Source: Vicugna vicugna (Eukaryota). From it: a stretch of DNA of 64,000 nucleotides. The DNA is taken from NCBI GenBank assembly GCA_013265495.1, contig MU058384.1, forward strand, positions 2,827,010 through 2,891,009, in the 5' to 3' direction. Position numbers and translations under genes: made by a program. The notes under the pieces are model-generated. The model was not told the DNA's origin. It worked only from the letters and a program-made list of their open reading frames with translations, and searched no databases. Shown piece after piece: positions 1 to 10,869 of the stretch (within the stretch, counting starts at the first letter, position 1; every line of letters begins with the position of its first letter).

Positions 1-369
1 TTGTACCTAAATTAGAAAAGGATGTTTTCAAAATTTAATCTGATAAAATCCATTAAAAATTGACTATTTCGTCCAGCAGTCCACTAGAAATGGGAGACAA
101 GAACTAACCCTCCATTTAACACTTTTCCTTACATCCAAAGATTATTAGAGTTTTCTTTCATTCCTGTCTTCTCTGCTGAAATCACCCCTGGTTGTTTAGC
201 CTTTTCCAGGAGGTGTGCCCTGTAAACCTTTCACCTTTGTTGTTGCTCAGTGCTGGAGCTGACGTTGATTTTCATGTCTTTATAAACTGTGAACAACCAT
301 GTGTGTGCCCTAAAACTGTCACCACTCCCTCTGTGCCTGGCTTGAGACAACTCAACACAGCAATGAATA

Positions 370-640
370 TTTTCACTGTGTTCCAGGCACTGTTTTCTGA
401 ATGTAGACTCTCATTAGATAACAGACAAAAAGCAAGAGGATTTGTACTCTAGCAGCAGAGACAGACAGTAAGCAATGAACATATCAAATAAGTAAATTAT
501 ATGCATTTGCAAATGATAACTGCTAAGGAAAAAGACCAATAGACGTGGACTTAGGAGGTTGGCAGTGAGAGTTGCAATTTTAAATAGAGTGTTCAGGGTA
601 GGCCTCTTTGAGAAAGTGACATTTAGACTAAGACTTAAAA
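370..640 (-). mobile_element. L2 LINE fragment
   Basis: Typical antisense L2 3' text: 'ccaggcactgttttct...agacagacagtaagcaa...cagggtaggcctctttgagaaagtgacattt'; boundaries approximate. Confidence 0.65.
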
Positions 641-893
641 GAGGCTGTTATGGGAAATGACCTTGATGCAGTAGAAACTTCCAAGTACCAGGCAAGCTCT
701 TCTGCTATGGAAAGGCTTACAGGCCAAATAAAGATGTTCAAATCATATAGATTATTGAACCACTTAAAACACATGGAAAGTAGCAAGAGGAAAAAGATGA
801 TATGAGTTAACATACCTAAGGTGATGTATATGACGTGTAAACTTGGTAGAGGGCTCACACTGTATGAATTCTAGGTTGTGCAATGTTAATATG

Positions 894-894
894 T

Positions 895-926
<32 letters not shown>
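894..926. repeat. (TC)n(AC)n compound microsatellite
   Basis: Directly visible. Confidence 0.9.
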
Positions 927-1409
927 CAGCCTTCTCACTGATAGGAAGGTGATGGGGCCAGACTTTAACTTAACCCAGAGACTCAGTAGACAGAAGATGC
1001 CTGGGGCCAACACATACTTGCATTATCAGCGGCTCAAGGCCAAGCGCTCTTGGCCAGTACCTGTGGCTCGTATATTAGACCACTGAGCAGCTCTGAGATT
1101 TTTCTGGTTTTCTTGGGTGGAACATCTGCAGAGCTAGAGTGGGGACCATAGCTGTCAACTTGGTGGTGGCACAGTCAGGACCTCACTGCTTGTTCATTCC
1201 ATCCCTTTCTTTATAGAAATAACACTCTTGATTATTCCATGATTTTAAAACCATATATCTCACTCATGATGTCTACTTTAACGTGTCTCAGAGGATACTT
1301 ACTATATTTAACATACCTTAGGAGTTTTCTCCATCCCATTGTTTTTTTTTTTTTCTCATCTTTCTGGGCAGAATTGAATATTCTCTACTAATGGAGTAAA
1401 CACACATTG

Positions 1410-1960
1410 CAGGGGTGAAGGAGTTAGCCATGAGGGTACCAGGCAGAAGAGTGCCCTGGGGAGAGTAATGGCAAAGGTGAGCCGTGCCTGGGTGTGTCCG
1501 GAGCATTGGGAACAGGGTGGCCGGGCTGGAGTGAGCGGGTGAGTGGAGACTAGCAGGAGAAGAGGTCAGCTTTTGCTGGGCCTCATGGCTGTGGTAAGAA
1601 CTGTGTCTGTCATATGGATACAAATCCATCCTTCACCGAATTACATCGTCAACTTTATTTTTCCATCCTCTAGGAATTACCCTTTACTCACAGAGGAGGG
1701 AAATCACAGTCGTGCAGTGTCATGGAAGCCAGAGAGAGTTTCAAAAAGAGGTCAACTGTGTCAGCCGTCACTGAAATGACTTTGATAAACAATAGACTCT
1801 GGGGGATGATGAGAACGGGGTGGAAGAAAAGGCCATTTGAATTAGCAATAAAGATGTCATTGGTGACCTTCAGGGGACAGGTTTCGATGAAGCAGTGAGG
1901 GCAGAGGCTGAGTGTGAGTGTCACAAAGGAAACATGTGGGGAGGAAATGGATGTATTGCT
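1410..1960 (-). mobile_element. L2 LINE fragments
   Basis: 'gagttagccatg...ggctggagtgag' and 'tttgaattagcaataaagatgtcattggtgaccttcagg' resemble L2. Confidence 0.55.
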
Positions 1961-2284
1961 TCCTCAGGCCTGGTGACCTTTGTGCCTCATGGCTGCTGAT
2001 ATGAGAACCCCTAGGCCCAGGACCGCGGCCCAGGCATTGAGCGCTTCCCAGCAGGGCCCCACAAACCCAGTTCCCATGTATCAGACTGCTGATTAAAGTA
2101 TTTCCAGCAAAGTATACCAAATTCTTTGAAAGGCCTTTGAGGTTGCTCACTCAAGTAAATCCTTTTACTATTTTTTTTTTAATATGAGTGGAGGGAAAGA
2201 TGAGATTAATAATAGTAGCTGCTAATTGATCATTTCTAGTACTTAAAGATCAGTCATTCCAGTTTCAAAGATTATCTGCACTTC

Positions 2285-2477
2285 TATCCCTCCATCCATC
2301 CCTCCATCCATCCATCCTTCCCTTCATTCATTCCTTCATCCATCCATCCTCCATCCCTCTATCCATCCCTCATCCATCTATCCCTCCATCCCTCCCTCTA
2401 TTCCTTGATCCCTCCATCCATCTGTCCCTCCATCCACCCCTTCTTCCATTTCTCCATCCATCCATCTAACCATCCAC
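2285..2477. repeat. Degenerate (TCCA)n/(TCCC)n simple repeat
   Basis: Directly visible tccatccatccc tract of about 190 bp. Confidence 0.95.
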
Positions 2478-2799
2478 TTCTTGATAGCTGTCTCCTAGGA
2501 AAGACAGGTTTTCCTTCTCTATAAGTTTGCTCTGTCCACCTTCATTCTAGATTCCAGTTCCTCCTCACCCGCTAAAGCCCTTCTCTCCTCCTCCTCACTT
2601 CCCCAGACAACTTGCAGATCAGTGAGTCCCTTTTTCTCTAATCTCTCCCTTTCTTGAAGAAACCCAGGTTACTTCTCTGTATCTTCAAAAATAACACTTC
2701 TCCCCACCCCTGCCCATCTGTAGTTTACCCTAAGTCGCTTATTGCTGAGAACTAAGTTCCTTGAATACAACATCTGTCCAAGCTTCTATCTGTCCTTGT

Positions 2800-3580
2800 C
2801 TGTCCACTGAAAGTGAGGCCCCTCAGGCCCAGCCACACCCAGGCCACCTCATGACACCCTCGCTTATTCATTGTATTTGATGTTATGGTCGCCTATTTTC
2901 TTTTCTGTCTTACTCAATACATCAAGTTCCCTGAGAGCAAGATGGTTTCATATTTACCTCTGTCCCCAGCATCTAGACCAGTCTGTGGCACAGATCAGAC
3001 ATTCAGCGTTTGTTGAGTGAATGAATGAATGAGTCCTGTCAGTGACCTCTCTGACATGTGACTCAGTTAACTGTGTCCTCCTTTTAAAAAAAACATTCTT
3101 CTATTGCTCAGATAATGTTCTCTCTGGTTTTCATTCTAACCCTCTGACAATTGCTTTGTGGCTTCTTATCTTTAAATGATGCCATGTCCTAGGGGTCTGT
3201 CTTCATTCTTCTTTTCTCGGCATCATTTACTTTACCCAGGCAACTCATCAGTCACTAGCAGCTTTAATTACAACCTTATCTACCCCTCCAGTCCCAAGCT
3301 CACCCTTGTTCCTCAGATCCGTGTATCTAGCTGCCCACAAACCATCACCATTTAACCATCTCGTGGGGACCTCCAGTCAATAAATTAAAACACTGAATGC
3401 ATGACTCTGACCTCAGTGGATGGTATAGCCATCCATTTAGCCATCACAGCTAGAGGCATGGGGATTTTCCGAGGTGTCTCTTTTTCCCTCATCTGTCTCT
3501 TCTAGTCAGATATTCATTCCTTTAGATCAGCCTCCTAAGAAATATCTGAAATGTGCCCTCTACCTCTCCATCTTTGCTGT
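2800..3580 (+). mobile_element. L2 LINE fragments including a 3' end
   Basis: 'aagttccctgagagcaag...tggcacag...tgttgagtgaatgaatgaatga' is the L2 3' terminus (~3032); further L2-like sequence follows. Confidence 0.65.
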
Positions 3581-4529
3581 CATAGTCTGGGTGTCATGAG
3601 TGAGATGTGAAGTTTGTTGGGGCAGGGATAGTGAGTTCTGCCACTTTCCTCGTGCAGCCCCTCCCTCCACACACACACACACACACACAAACTCACAGAC
3701 ACACACACAGGCACGCACCCCATGTCTGAGCATATGCACAGGGAGCTGTGATTGGAGTCAGGACACTGCACGTGCTAGGTTCCAGGCCTTTTAGCCATGG
3801 GCGAGATAAAGCTGTTAGCCTTCTCCCTGCCAGCAGAGAGAAGAAACTGGGGAGAGAGCACTGAAAAATAAGACACAACTAAGCCCCCCCCCATTCGAAA
3901 ACCTTCTCCTTCAAATGGTATAAAATAAAACAGAAAAAAAAAAGTGATAAAAAGGAACTAAAAGAAATTTTGATTGGGGCAATTCCAACCACATATTTCC
4001 AAATCGTTCGTTAACTTCCCTCTCTCTATTTCACTGTACTGACCAGCTCTCCACAAAGACTTGTCATTTAATTGGAGAGTGATGCCTCTTCTCCACAGCA
4101 TTTCAAAACAGGTGCATCAAATATTTGGCATGCCCAGGCTCTAACCAGACTGTAGAAGCTTGAGACTAGGACAGCAGAGAGATTGTAGGGGACAGAGCTG
4201 GGACAGCAGAGAGATGGTGAAGGACAGAGCTGAACACAGGAAATCAAGATTCCTTGATTTCCTGGACTCAGAGGTGGTCACCTGGCCCTGTAGGGCAGCA
4301 TTATCTGTGACAGTTAAACTTACTCATGGTGATATGACTTTATTACTTCTCTCATTCCAATTCTGGGGAGTGGCCTGGGTAGGTGTTGCCACTAAAACAC
4401 AGGGAGCCGGAAGCTTCAGATAACTTTAGACAGTTTGAACTTTCATATTCAAGGTAAAAGGAAACAACTGAAGGGTTTTAAGGAGGGGAAAGATCGGATG
4501 AGATTTAAGTACAGTTCCAGAAATAATGG

Positions 4530-4770
4530 TATAAATAGCCAATATTTATTAGTGCTTACTATATACCAGACACTGTGCCAAATGCTTTACATAGGTTATC
4601 TTATTTAATTTTAAAAGCAGCTCTATGGAGTAAGTACTCTTAATTTTCTTCTTTTTACAGATATTAAAGCAAAGACCCAGAGGATCACTTGTCCAGCCTC
4701 TCACTGATAGTAGGAGTGGAGCTGGGATGCAATACCAGAGTCACTGGACTCAAGTCCATTTCAACCGTCA
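4530..4770 (-). mobile_element. MIR SINE
   Basis: 'atttattagtgcttactatataccagacactgtgccaaatgctttacata...ttttacagat' is the antisense MIR core. Confidence 0.75.
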
Positions 4771-5120
4771 CCTTGAGCCCAGAACCATGACAAAGGAAAT
4801 TCATAAGAAGGTATTGCTACAGTAGGTTGTTTTTTCCTTATGTAAATCCCCATCCTTCCTAGTCTCATTTTTTACCATTTGCCTGTGTTTAAGCTGTGTG
4901 ACAGTCATATCCAAATACTCCGGGCTGTTTCTTGTCTCGGAGCCTTGGCACATGCTGGTCCCCTTCAGGAAAGTTCTTCCCGCCTCCACCAGGGTGCCCA
5001 GCCTTACTTCTAGCCCTTTAAGACTGCTCAGTCACCAGCCCCTCGAGTCCGTTCTCTGACTGCTCCTCCCCTTTTCCCACCCAGTCTCGGGTATTGACAT
5101 AGGTAACTGTCCTCTTCCAG

Positions 5121-5360
5121 CACTGGTCTTCAAACATCCTCACTTTGATCCCTTAAAATTAATTGAAAATCTAAGTACTGCCATGTGTATTTTCAGCCTG
5201 ATATTCTAAAAGTTTTCATCATAAGCATAAACATTGGCAAAGGGTGCGATTTCTTCCATACTGTAAACAGGAGACTTTAAAATAGAACGTTACATCCTTT
5301 TTAAAAACGTTTCCCGTGGAAAACGAGCACACATAGCATTTGCCATCCATCATCATCATC
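5121..5360 (+). mobile_element. hAT-Charlie DNA transposon fragment (MER113-like)
   Basis: 'ttcaaacatcc...ctaaaagttttcatcataag...gcaaagggtgcgatttc...ttaaaatagaacgttacatc' matches the recalled MER113 consensus. Confidence 0.55.
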
Positions 5361-5839
5361 TTTCAGACTGTGTCATTCTGAACACTCCAGGTCAGGTCCA
5401 TCCAACAAGGAAACATAAGAGACACTTTCAGCAGGTGAATAGAAAGAGCTTACTTCCTCCCTTGTAGGAGAGGGAAGAAAAGAGGAGAAGGGAAAAAATA
5501 TGGCCCAGGCTATGCTTTTGGAGTTTGGAAGATCCAGGGGCAAAGGAGGGCTGTATCTAGCACAGGTACACAGACGCGGGAAAATGAACTTACAAGGTTT
5601 TCTGATGCTGGACAGGCAGGAGTGTCCATGCTTTGTTTCATTCTAGGCAAGTGTGTGCCTTAGTAACTGGGCACGATGATTATAATAAGGTGTTGAATTC
5701 ATTAGATAAGTGTGGCCCAAGCTTTGGACCCTTACCAGAGACATTTAAAGAAGCACCTGTGTTACTAAATTCTGTTCTTGAGGTGGAGAAAGAGCCTGAT
5801 TACTTCGCAGTGGTGGCTAAGATGATCCTTTTCAAGACG

Positions 5840-5990
5840 TAGTGTGTGTAGCCAAGAGAGAAAAGACCTTGAAGTCTAAGGGATTTGAATTTGAATGTTA
5901 AGACCTACGACTTTCTTAAGAGTGGGCATTTGGCAGATACTTAATCTTTCTGAGTTTTGATTTCCTCACCTATAGAATGAGGATTCTATC
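5840..5990 (+). mobile_element. MIR SINE fragment
   Basis: 'ttggcagatacttaatctttctgagttttgatttcctcacctatagaatgagga' MIR core. Confidence 0.65.
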
Positions 5991-7650
5991 GATGGTAAAC
6001 CCTGGGATTACCACCAAGGGTTCAAATTCCCAGAAGAAAGCTCAGCTTGGATCAAGGGTTCTTACGGCCTGAGCGCCAAGAGTTGATTGCAGGGGGATGC
6101 AGTCCCCACTTCATATTCCCAGATCTCGGGTCCCTTCCAGGGCACACATCCTCACAGTTTCTGGTCAAGCCTGGGAGCTTTAAATTGCCACTTGTGTGTA
6201 TCATCTGTGTCAGATGTCATCTCGCTTCCAATCCCCTCCCATTCAACCATGAGATGAAACCAAGTCAAGTGAAGCCTTAAGTAGAGAAAAACGCAGTGAA
6301 GAGAATCTCAAAGCTGGTAAAAAAAGTCTTTCCCTCTCCTTTTCCCTCATATCCTCCTCCGCTCCTTCCGACCACAAATAATCCTCGGGTGTCTATTACA
6401 CAGCTGACACTGTGGAGAGACTAAGGTGGCGTGACACGACACTTCTTCTAAAGGAGGTGAACATTTGGCAGAGGGGCACAGATACAAAAAAAGAATCTGT
6501 TAAAATGTTATGAAGTGGAGGCGGGGGAATGCAGAGGCCGGCTGAAGGGGGCAGGATGGGATGCGATGCTGGGGAGAAAAGCACGCATGAGCTAACGATG
6601 AAACTAGAGATGCAATTCGGAGGCTTGGCGACGTGTCAGTAGCATCTGTCTGGGGATGAGTGTTTGTTTCCAGGTCTCTTCTCGACCTGCCCTAACCAGA
6701 ACGAATGCCCAAGCATCCCCTTAGCAAGTATTCCAGACTCATTTACAGACTGATAGACCCTGTGAATCATAAGAGTGCCTGGTGGCCCCTTACCCTAACA
6801 TCTCTTCCTTAGCTGACTGCCTCAATGCCTGAAGTTCCCAGATTGATTAGAATGATCGCTTTGGGGAGGGCACTGAGGGTCCAGAAGACCCCATTAAAAG
6901 GCAAAGAGATAACACCTTCAGACACTAATATGTGAGCAAGGACCAGCCCATCTATCATACTGGGCAGCTTTCAGTTAGCTGGGAGCTAGATCCCCAGCCA
7001 ACTGAGTGTCAGGACAAGACAATATGCTGGAAACGAGGGGTGAAAAAACATTGCAGGTTGAAACATGAAGGCATCTCACAGGCAGAGCTAGACCACAGAA
7101 GGGAAAAGAGTGTGGGGCAGGAGACGAAAGGAGGGGTGGGGACAAAGGAGGAGAGGCAGGGCCTGGAGGAAGACAGACTCTTACTACTGGCGCCTTAAGG
7201 TAGGACCGTGTCTCTGGAGGGTCCTCAGGGAGCACTGGCAAGGTCTTCTCTGGTCATAGAAATCTGAGAAATGATAAACAAAGACAAACTTTCCTATTCC
7301 AAAAGTTCTTCTCAGATTATTAGCTAGGCTCACAGGCCTGTACATCTTAACAGAAACATCAATAGCAATGTTGATAATAGTTGTAGGTATACAACTGAAG
7401 ACTTGCTTCTTTTCAAGTCCTGCTCTTTGTGCGTCATGGGTGGTGGGAAGGTCCCTGAAACCTCACAACCCTACGAGCTAGAGCTGTTCTTATGCACATT
7501 GTTTCATAAAGAAGCCGAGGTTTGGAAGAAGTTAAGAAACTTGTAACTAAGGGAACAACCGTCAAGGCTGTGGCACTGGATTCTAACTGGAATTCTTGCT
7601 TTGACTCCAGCATAAACCCGTTAACCACTAGAGGGGGTGACGTTCTAAAG

Positions 7651-7839
7651 CAGGGGTTGGCCAACTTTTTTTGGATGAAGGGCCAGGTAGTAAATATTTT
7701 TGGCTTTGTGGGCCATATGGTGTCTGTCCCAGTGACTCAACCCTATTGTTGCAGCAGGAAAGCAGCCATAGATGACATGTGAACAATGGGTGATGTAAAA
7801 ACAATAAAACTGTATTTGCAGAAACAGGAGACTGGCCTG
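7651..7839 (+). mobile_element. MER58A-like hAT-Charlie MITE
   Basis: Starts CAGGGGTTGGCCAAC; MER58 internal text 'aagggccaggtagtaaatattttt'; 8-bp TSD ttctaaag (7643-7650) / tcctaaag (7840-7847). Confidence 0.85.
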
Positions 7840-8729
7840 TCCTAAAGAGACTTAAAAAAGGCAAATAAAGTGTACAGTCAAAATGACCCGTCAAATAACA
7901 GTTGTCGCTTGCAAGGAGGGAAACTAACAATATAGCTGGGCCCTGAGGAATCACCACATCAGAGAATTAATCTTGTTTCCCTTTGCTACAGTGGTGATCA
8001 CTGTACCTCTTTGATGGTGGAGACCAAGTCTAGTTTGAAATGGAAGAAGAGAAACAGAGGATATTCAGGATTCCCCCACCACCTCTTTCCTTCTTCGTGT
8101 GTGAGGTAAACATAGTTGAGTTCCAGCGGGATAAACCGCAGCATGTGAAGTTTTGTTCCATGAAAGCTCTTTCCCAAATGATTTAATTTGGACTTTGGGG
8201 AGGGGACAAAGCATCTTACGGACTTAAAGTTCCCTGGAACATTCTTGAGAAAATGCTTGCTTGGGAACACATTTCTCCATCCCCTTTCTGACCAGGAAGG
8301 AAAACTACACTTAGAAAGATCTGGAAGAAGGGGTTTGGGGCTGAAAAATGTGATTAACTGGCCCCGGTAGCGGCTGACTGACCAGACGTGTGGGGGTGCA
8401 GCTTGTGGAGTCGTGCGCATGATGTCTTTGGAGGCATATCTCATGAATCCCTTGAGACCTAAGGAGAAAGACGGTCTTATTTTGATTCACTGTAAAAACT
8501 CGATGTGGGTCTGATTTCAGGGGAGCCAAGACTAGCCTACAGAGGAAGGATGCGTGTTTGAAAAAACCCAGATGGGTACTAAGAAAGCTCCTTAGGGCAT
8601 CAGATATCTCCCAGCTGCAGATTAGAAGGTCACAGATTCAGATTTATTTCTTATTATTAAAGCTGTGTTTTCCAAGATTGTTTTCTTCAGTTACATATGT
8701 CTTTGGAGGAATAAACAAGGGATACTGAG

Positions 8730-8970
8730 TTATGTGATGGCCAAGCACCCAGGTGCAAAATGTGCCGTCTGGCCCCATCCAGGCTCTGCCACTTGCCAGC
8801 TGACCTGGGAACATCCCACCGTCTCAACCTAGATGTAGTCCTCTGTAAAGTGAAGGTAATAGTAATGCCTACTTCCTAAAAACCTAGTAAAGATGAAAAT
8901 ACTGCACGAATAAAGCATTTTGCTCAGTGACCAGCATGCAATGAGTTCTTGATAAACATTTGCTATTATG
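8730..8970 (+). mobile_element. MIR SINE
   Basis: 'ccaggctctgccacttgccagctgacc...ctgtaaagtgaaggtaatagtaatgcctac' MIR core and tail. Confidence 0.7.
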
Positions 8971-9124
8971 ACAGGTTATTATTAAACTTTTACTAGCCAG
9001 TATCACCAGGGCACATTTAATTTATCAGGTTGATTTCCACAGCCATATCTTCCTAAGAATATTGGACAGGTAAGAGAGAGAAATCAGACTTGCTCCATGA
9101 GAGGAATGGGGACAGTGTGTCTAT

Positions 9125-9290
9125 GGGTCTGGCAGGAGGCGTACCTGGTTTCCAATCCTGATTTTGCTACTTGCAGTACCTGGAATATTGGGCATTTACT
9201 TAATTCTCTGGGCCTCAGGTTCCACTTACATAAAAAAGTGGGACGTAATCCTACGCAGCTTTCTAAAGCACTAGTTGGAATAAGGTAGGG
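9125..9290 (+). mobile_element. MIR SINE fragment
   Basis: 'cctggtttccaatcctg...ttgggcatttacttaattctctgggcctcag'. Confidence 0.65.
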
Positions 9291-10265
9291 AGAGAACAAA
9301 TGAGTGCAGGATGAATAACAGCTACCTGATGTGGGGCCCAACACATTGGAGCTCTTCTTCCAAATGATGGGAGGGCGCGGGTACCAGGTGGGAGCTGAGT
9401 GCCCTAGGGAAGAAGACATCACAGTGTGGCAGGTGGTCCTTAGAACGGGAGATAGAAGTGGATCGATGACAATCCTTACTTCACAATTTTATTCTAAGTC
9501 ATTGTTAAAGTATTTTGGTTACACTGAAGCTTTCTTTTCTTTTCTATTATATTCTGGGCACATATGAAGGTGATGGCTTTTAATACTTTGGATTTAGCTT
9601 GCTGCAAACTGAGCACAAACCTGATGAAGCAGTGGCTGCAGCTGGAGTCAGAGCGCTGGAGGAGGCTGGCAGGTGAAGGCCATCGTTGACTCAGGGAGGA
9701 CACGGTGGGGGAGGGGAGGGGACCGATGGGGATACAGTGTGAGTGTGTGAGTGTGCAGGGAGGGGGATGCTTTGAGATTAAATGTAAATATCCACCATGG
9801 CTCCTGCCATAAGGAAAAAAAAAAAAACAGCTGACAAACTCATGTTCCAAAGAAGAAAACAGCTGAAAAGTCATGTTGTAAAGTATGGAAACCAAAAAAC
9901 TGTCTTGTTTGAGTTCAAGGCCCTGTTGTTTGTCTCATTTGCAATGAAAACAGCTTATTGTTTCAAAGAAGCTGTATTTTTTTCTGAGCTGGTAATAGAT
10001 TTAGATGGTTCAAGATCAAGATGATGTAAAAGGTGCGCACAGAGAAGATCCCTGCACACCCGTCCCTCCCCGTCCGTACTCGTCCCTCTCCCTTCCTGCT
10101 CTTTGTGCGTGGTTTGCTGGCTTATTTGTTTACGTTGCCAGTACTGCTTTGTGCATATGCAGAGAGCTGAGGACAGGATACATTCTTGCCACCCTCCTCC
10201 TTTCATTACACAAAACGCAGCACCCACTGTATCGCGTTTTGAATGTTGTTTTCTCTGCTTGACAG

Positions 10266-10825
10266 GAGAGCCTGAACAGCTCTGTACATCAGGACAGAAG
10301 AGGTGCTCTTTCTTATTTTTTTCATAGCCACCTCTTGCAGGAATCCTTTTGAATAAAGCCTCCCCTTACCTATGTCAGAATTTGTCCTTATTTGGCAGAG
10401 TATGGAAGACTTGAATGTTTTGAATCGAGGATCAGTACAAGTCAGTGATCATGTTAAATGTGTATATAGCAGCTCAACTGGACACCCAAGAAAGCCAAGC
10501 GTCTGCCAGCTGGAAAGGTGCCCCATCCCTAGGGAACCTTGCAAAGGAGAGGTTCTACAGAATCCAAGCCAAGCGCCCACAAGTCACCCTTCCGCACACC
10601 CTCTCTCATCATTATCTGTGTGTATGTGTGTGTCTGGGATCCAGGGCAACGTGAATTCCCTTTTTATTTGGGGGATTGTTCACGGAAAACAGGTCCTCTT
10701 GTCTCTCGTCCACCTATAAATTGTTCACAATATTTGTATATCTGTGCAAAATACTTGAATGGGCCATGGTGCCTTTTCTCCTTGTTTGTATTTAATTAAA
10801 ATAAATAGTCATTTGAAATGTTAAG
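10266..10825 (+). other. Putative terminal exon / 3' UTR of an unidentified gene
   Basis: Pyrimidine tract plus CAG acceptor (tgttgttttctctgcttgacag, ending 10265); all three phases stop within 90 nt; repeat-free UTR-like sequence; ATTAAA/AATAAA at 10795-10805. Confidence 0.5.
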
Positions 10826-10862
10826 AAAAGATTAATGATGTACATGTGCCATGTTTTATTTG
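10795..10862 (+). terminator. Candidate polyadenylation site
   Basis: Overlapping ATTAAA (10795-10800) and AATAAA (10800-10805); upstream TGTA at 10735 and 10787; downstream GT/T-rich tract 10839-10862. Confidence 0.5.
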
Positions 10863-10869
10863 AGTTCTG

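Noticed and set aside
2285..2477. CRISPR-like or coding repeat array
   Set aside because: Ordinary degenerate tetranucleotide simple repeat with no spacer structure. No CRISPR or prokaryotic features are present in the window.
9563..9688. Short ATG ORF MKVMAFNTLDLACCKLSTNLMKQWLQLESERWRRLAGEGHR
   Set aside because: No recognisable homology, promoter or splice context.
10266..10830. Processed pseudogene of a 3' UTR
   Set aside because: No poly(A) tract after the signal and no TSD. A genomic GT-rich downstream element and an acceptor fit a native exon better.
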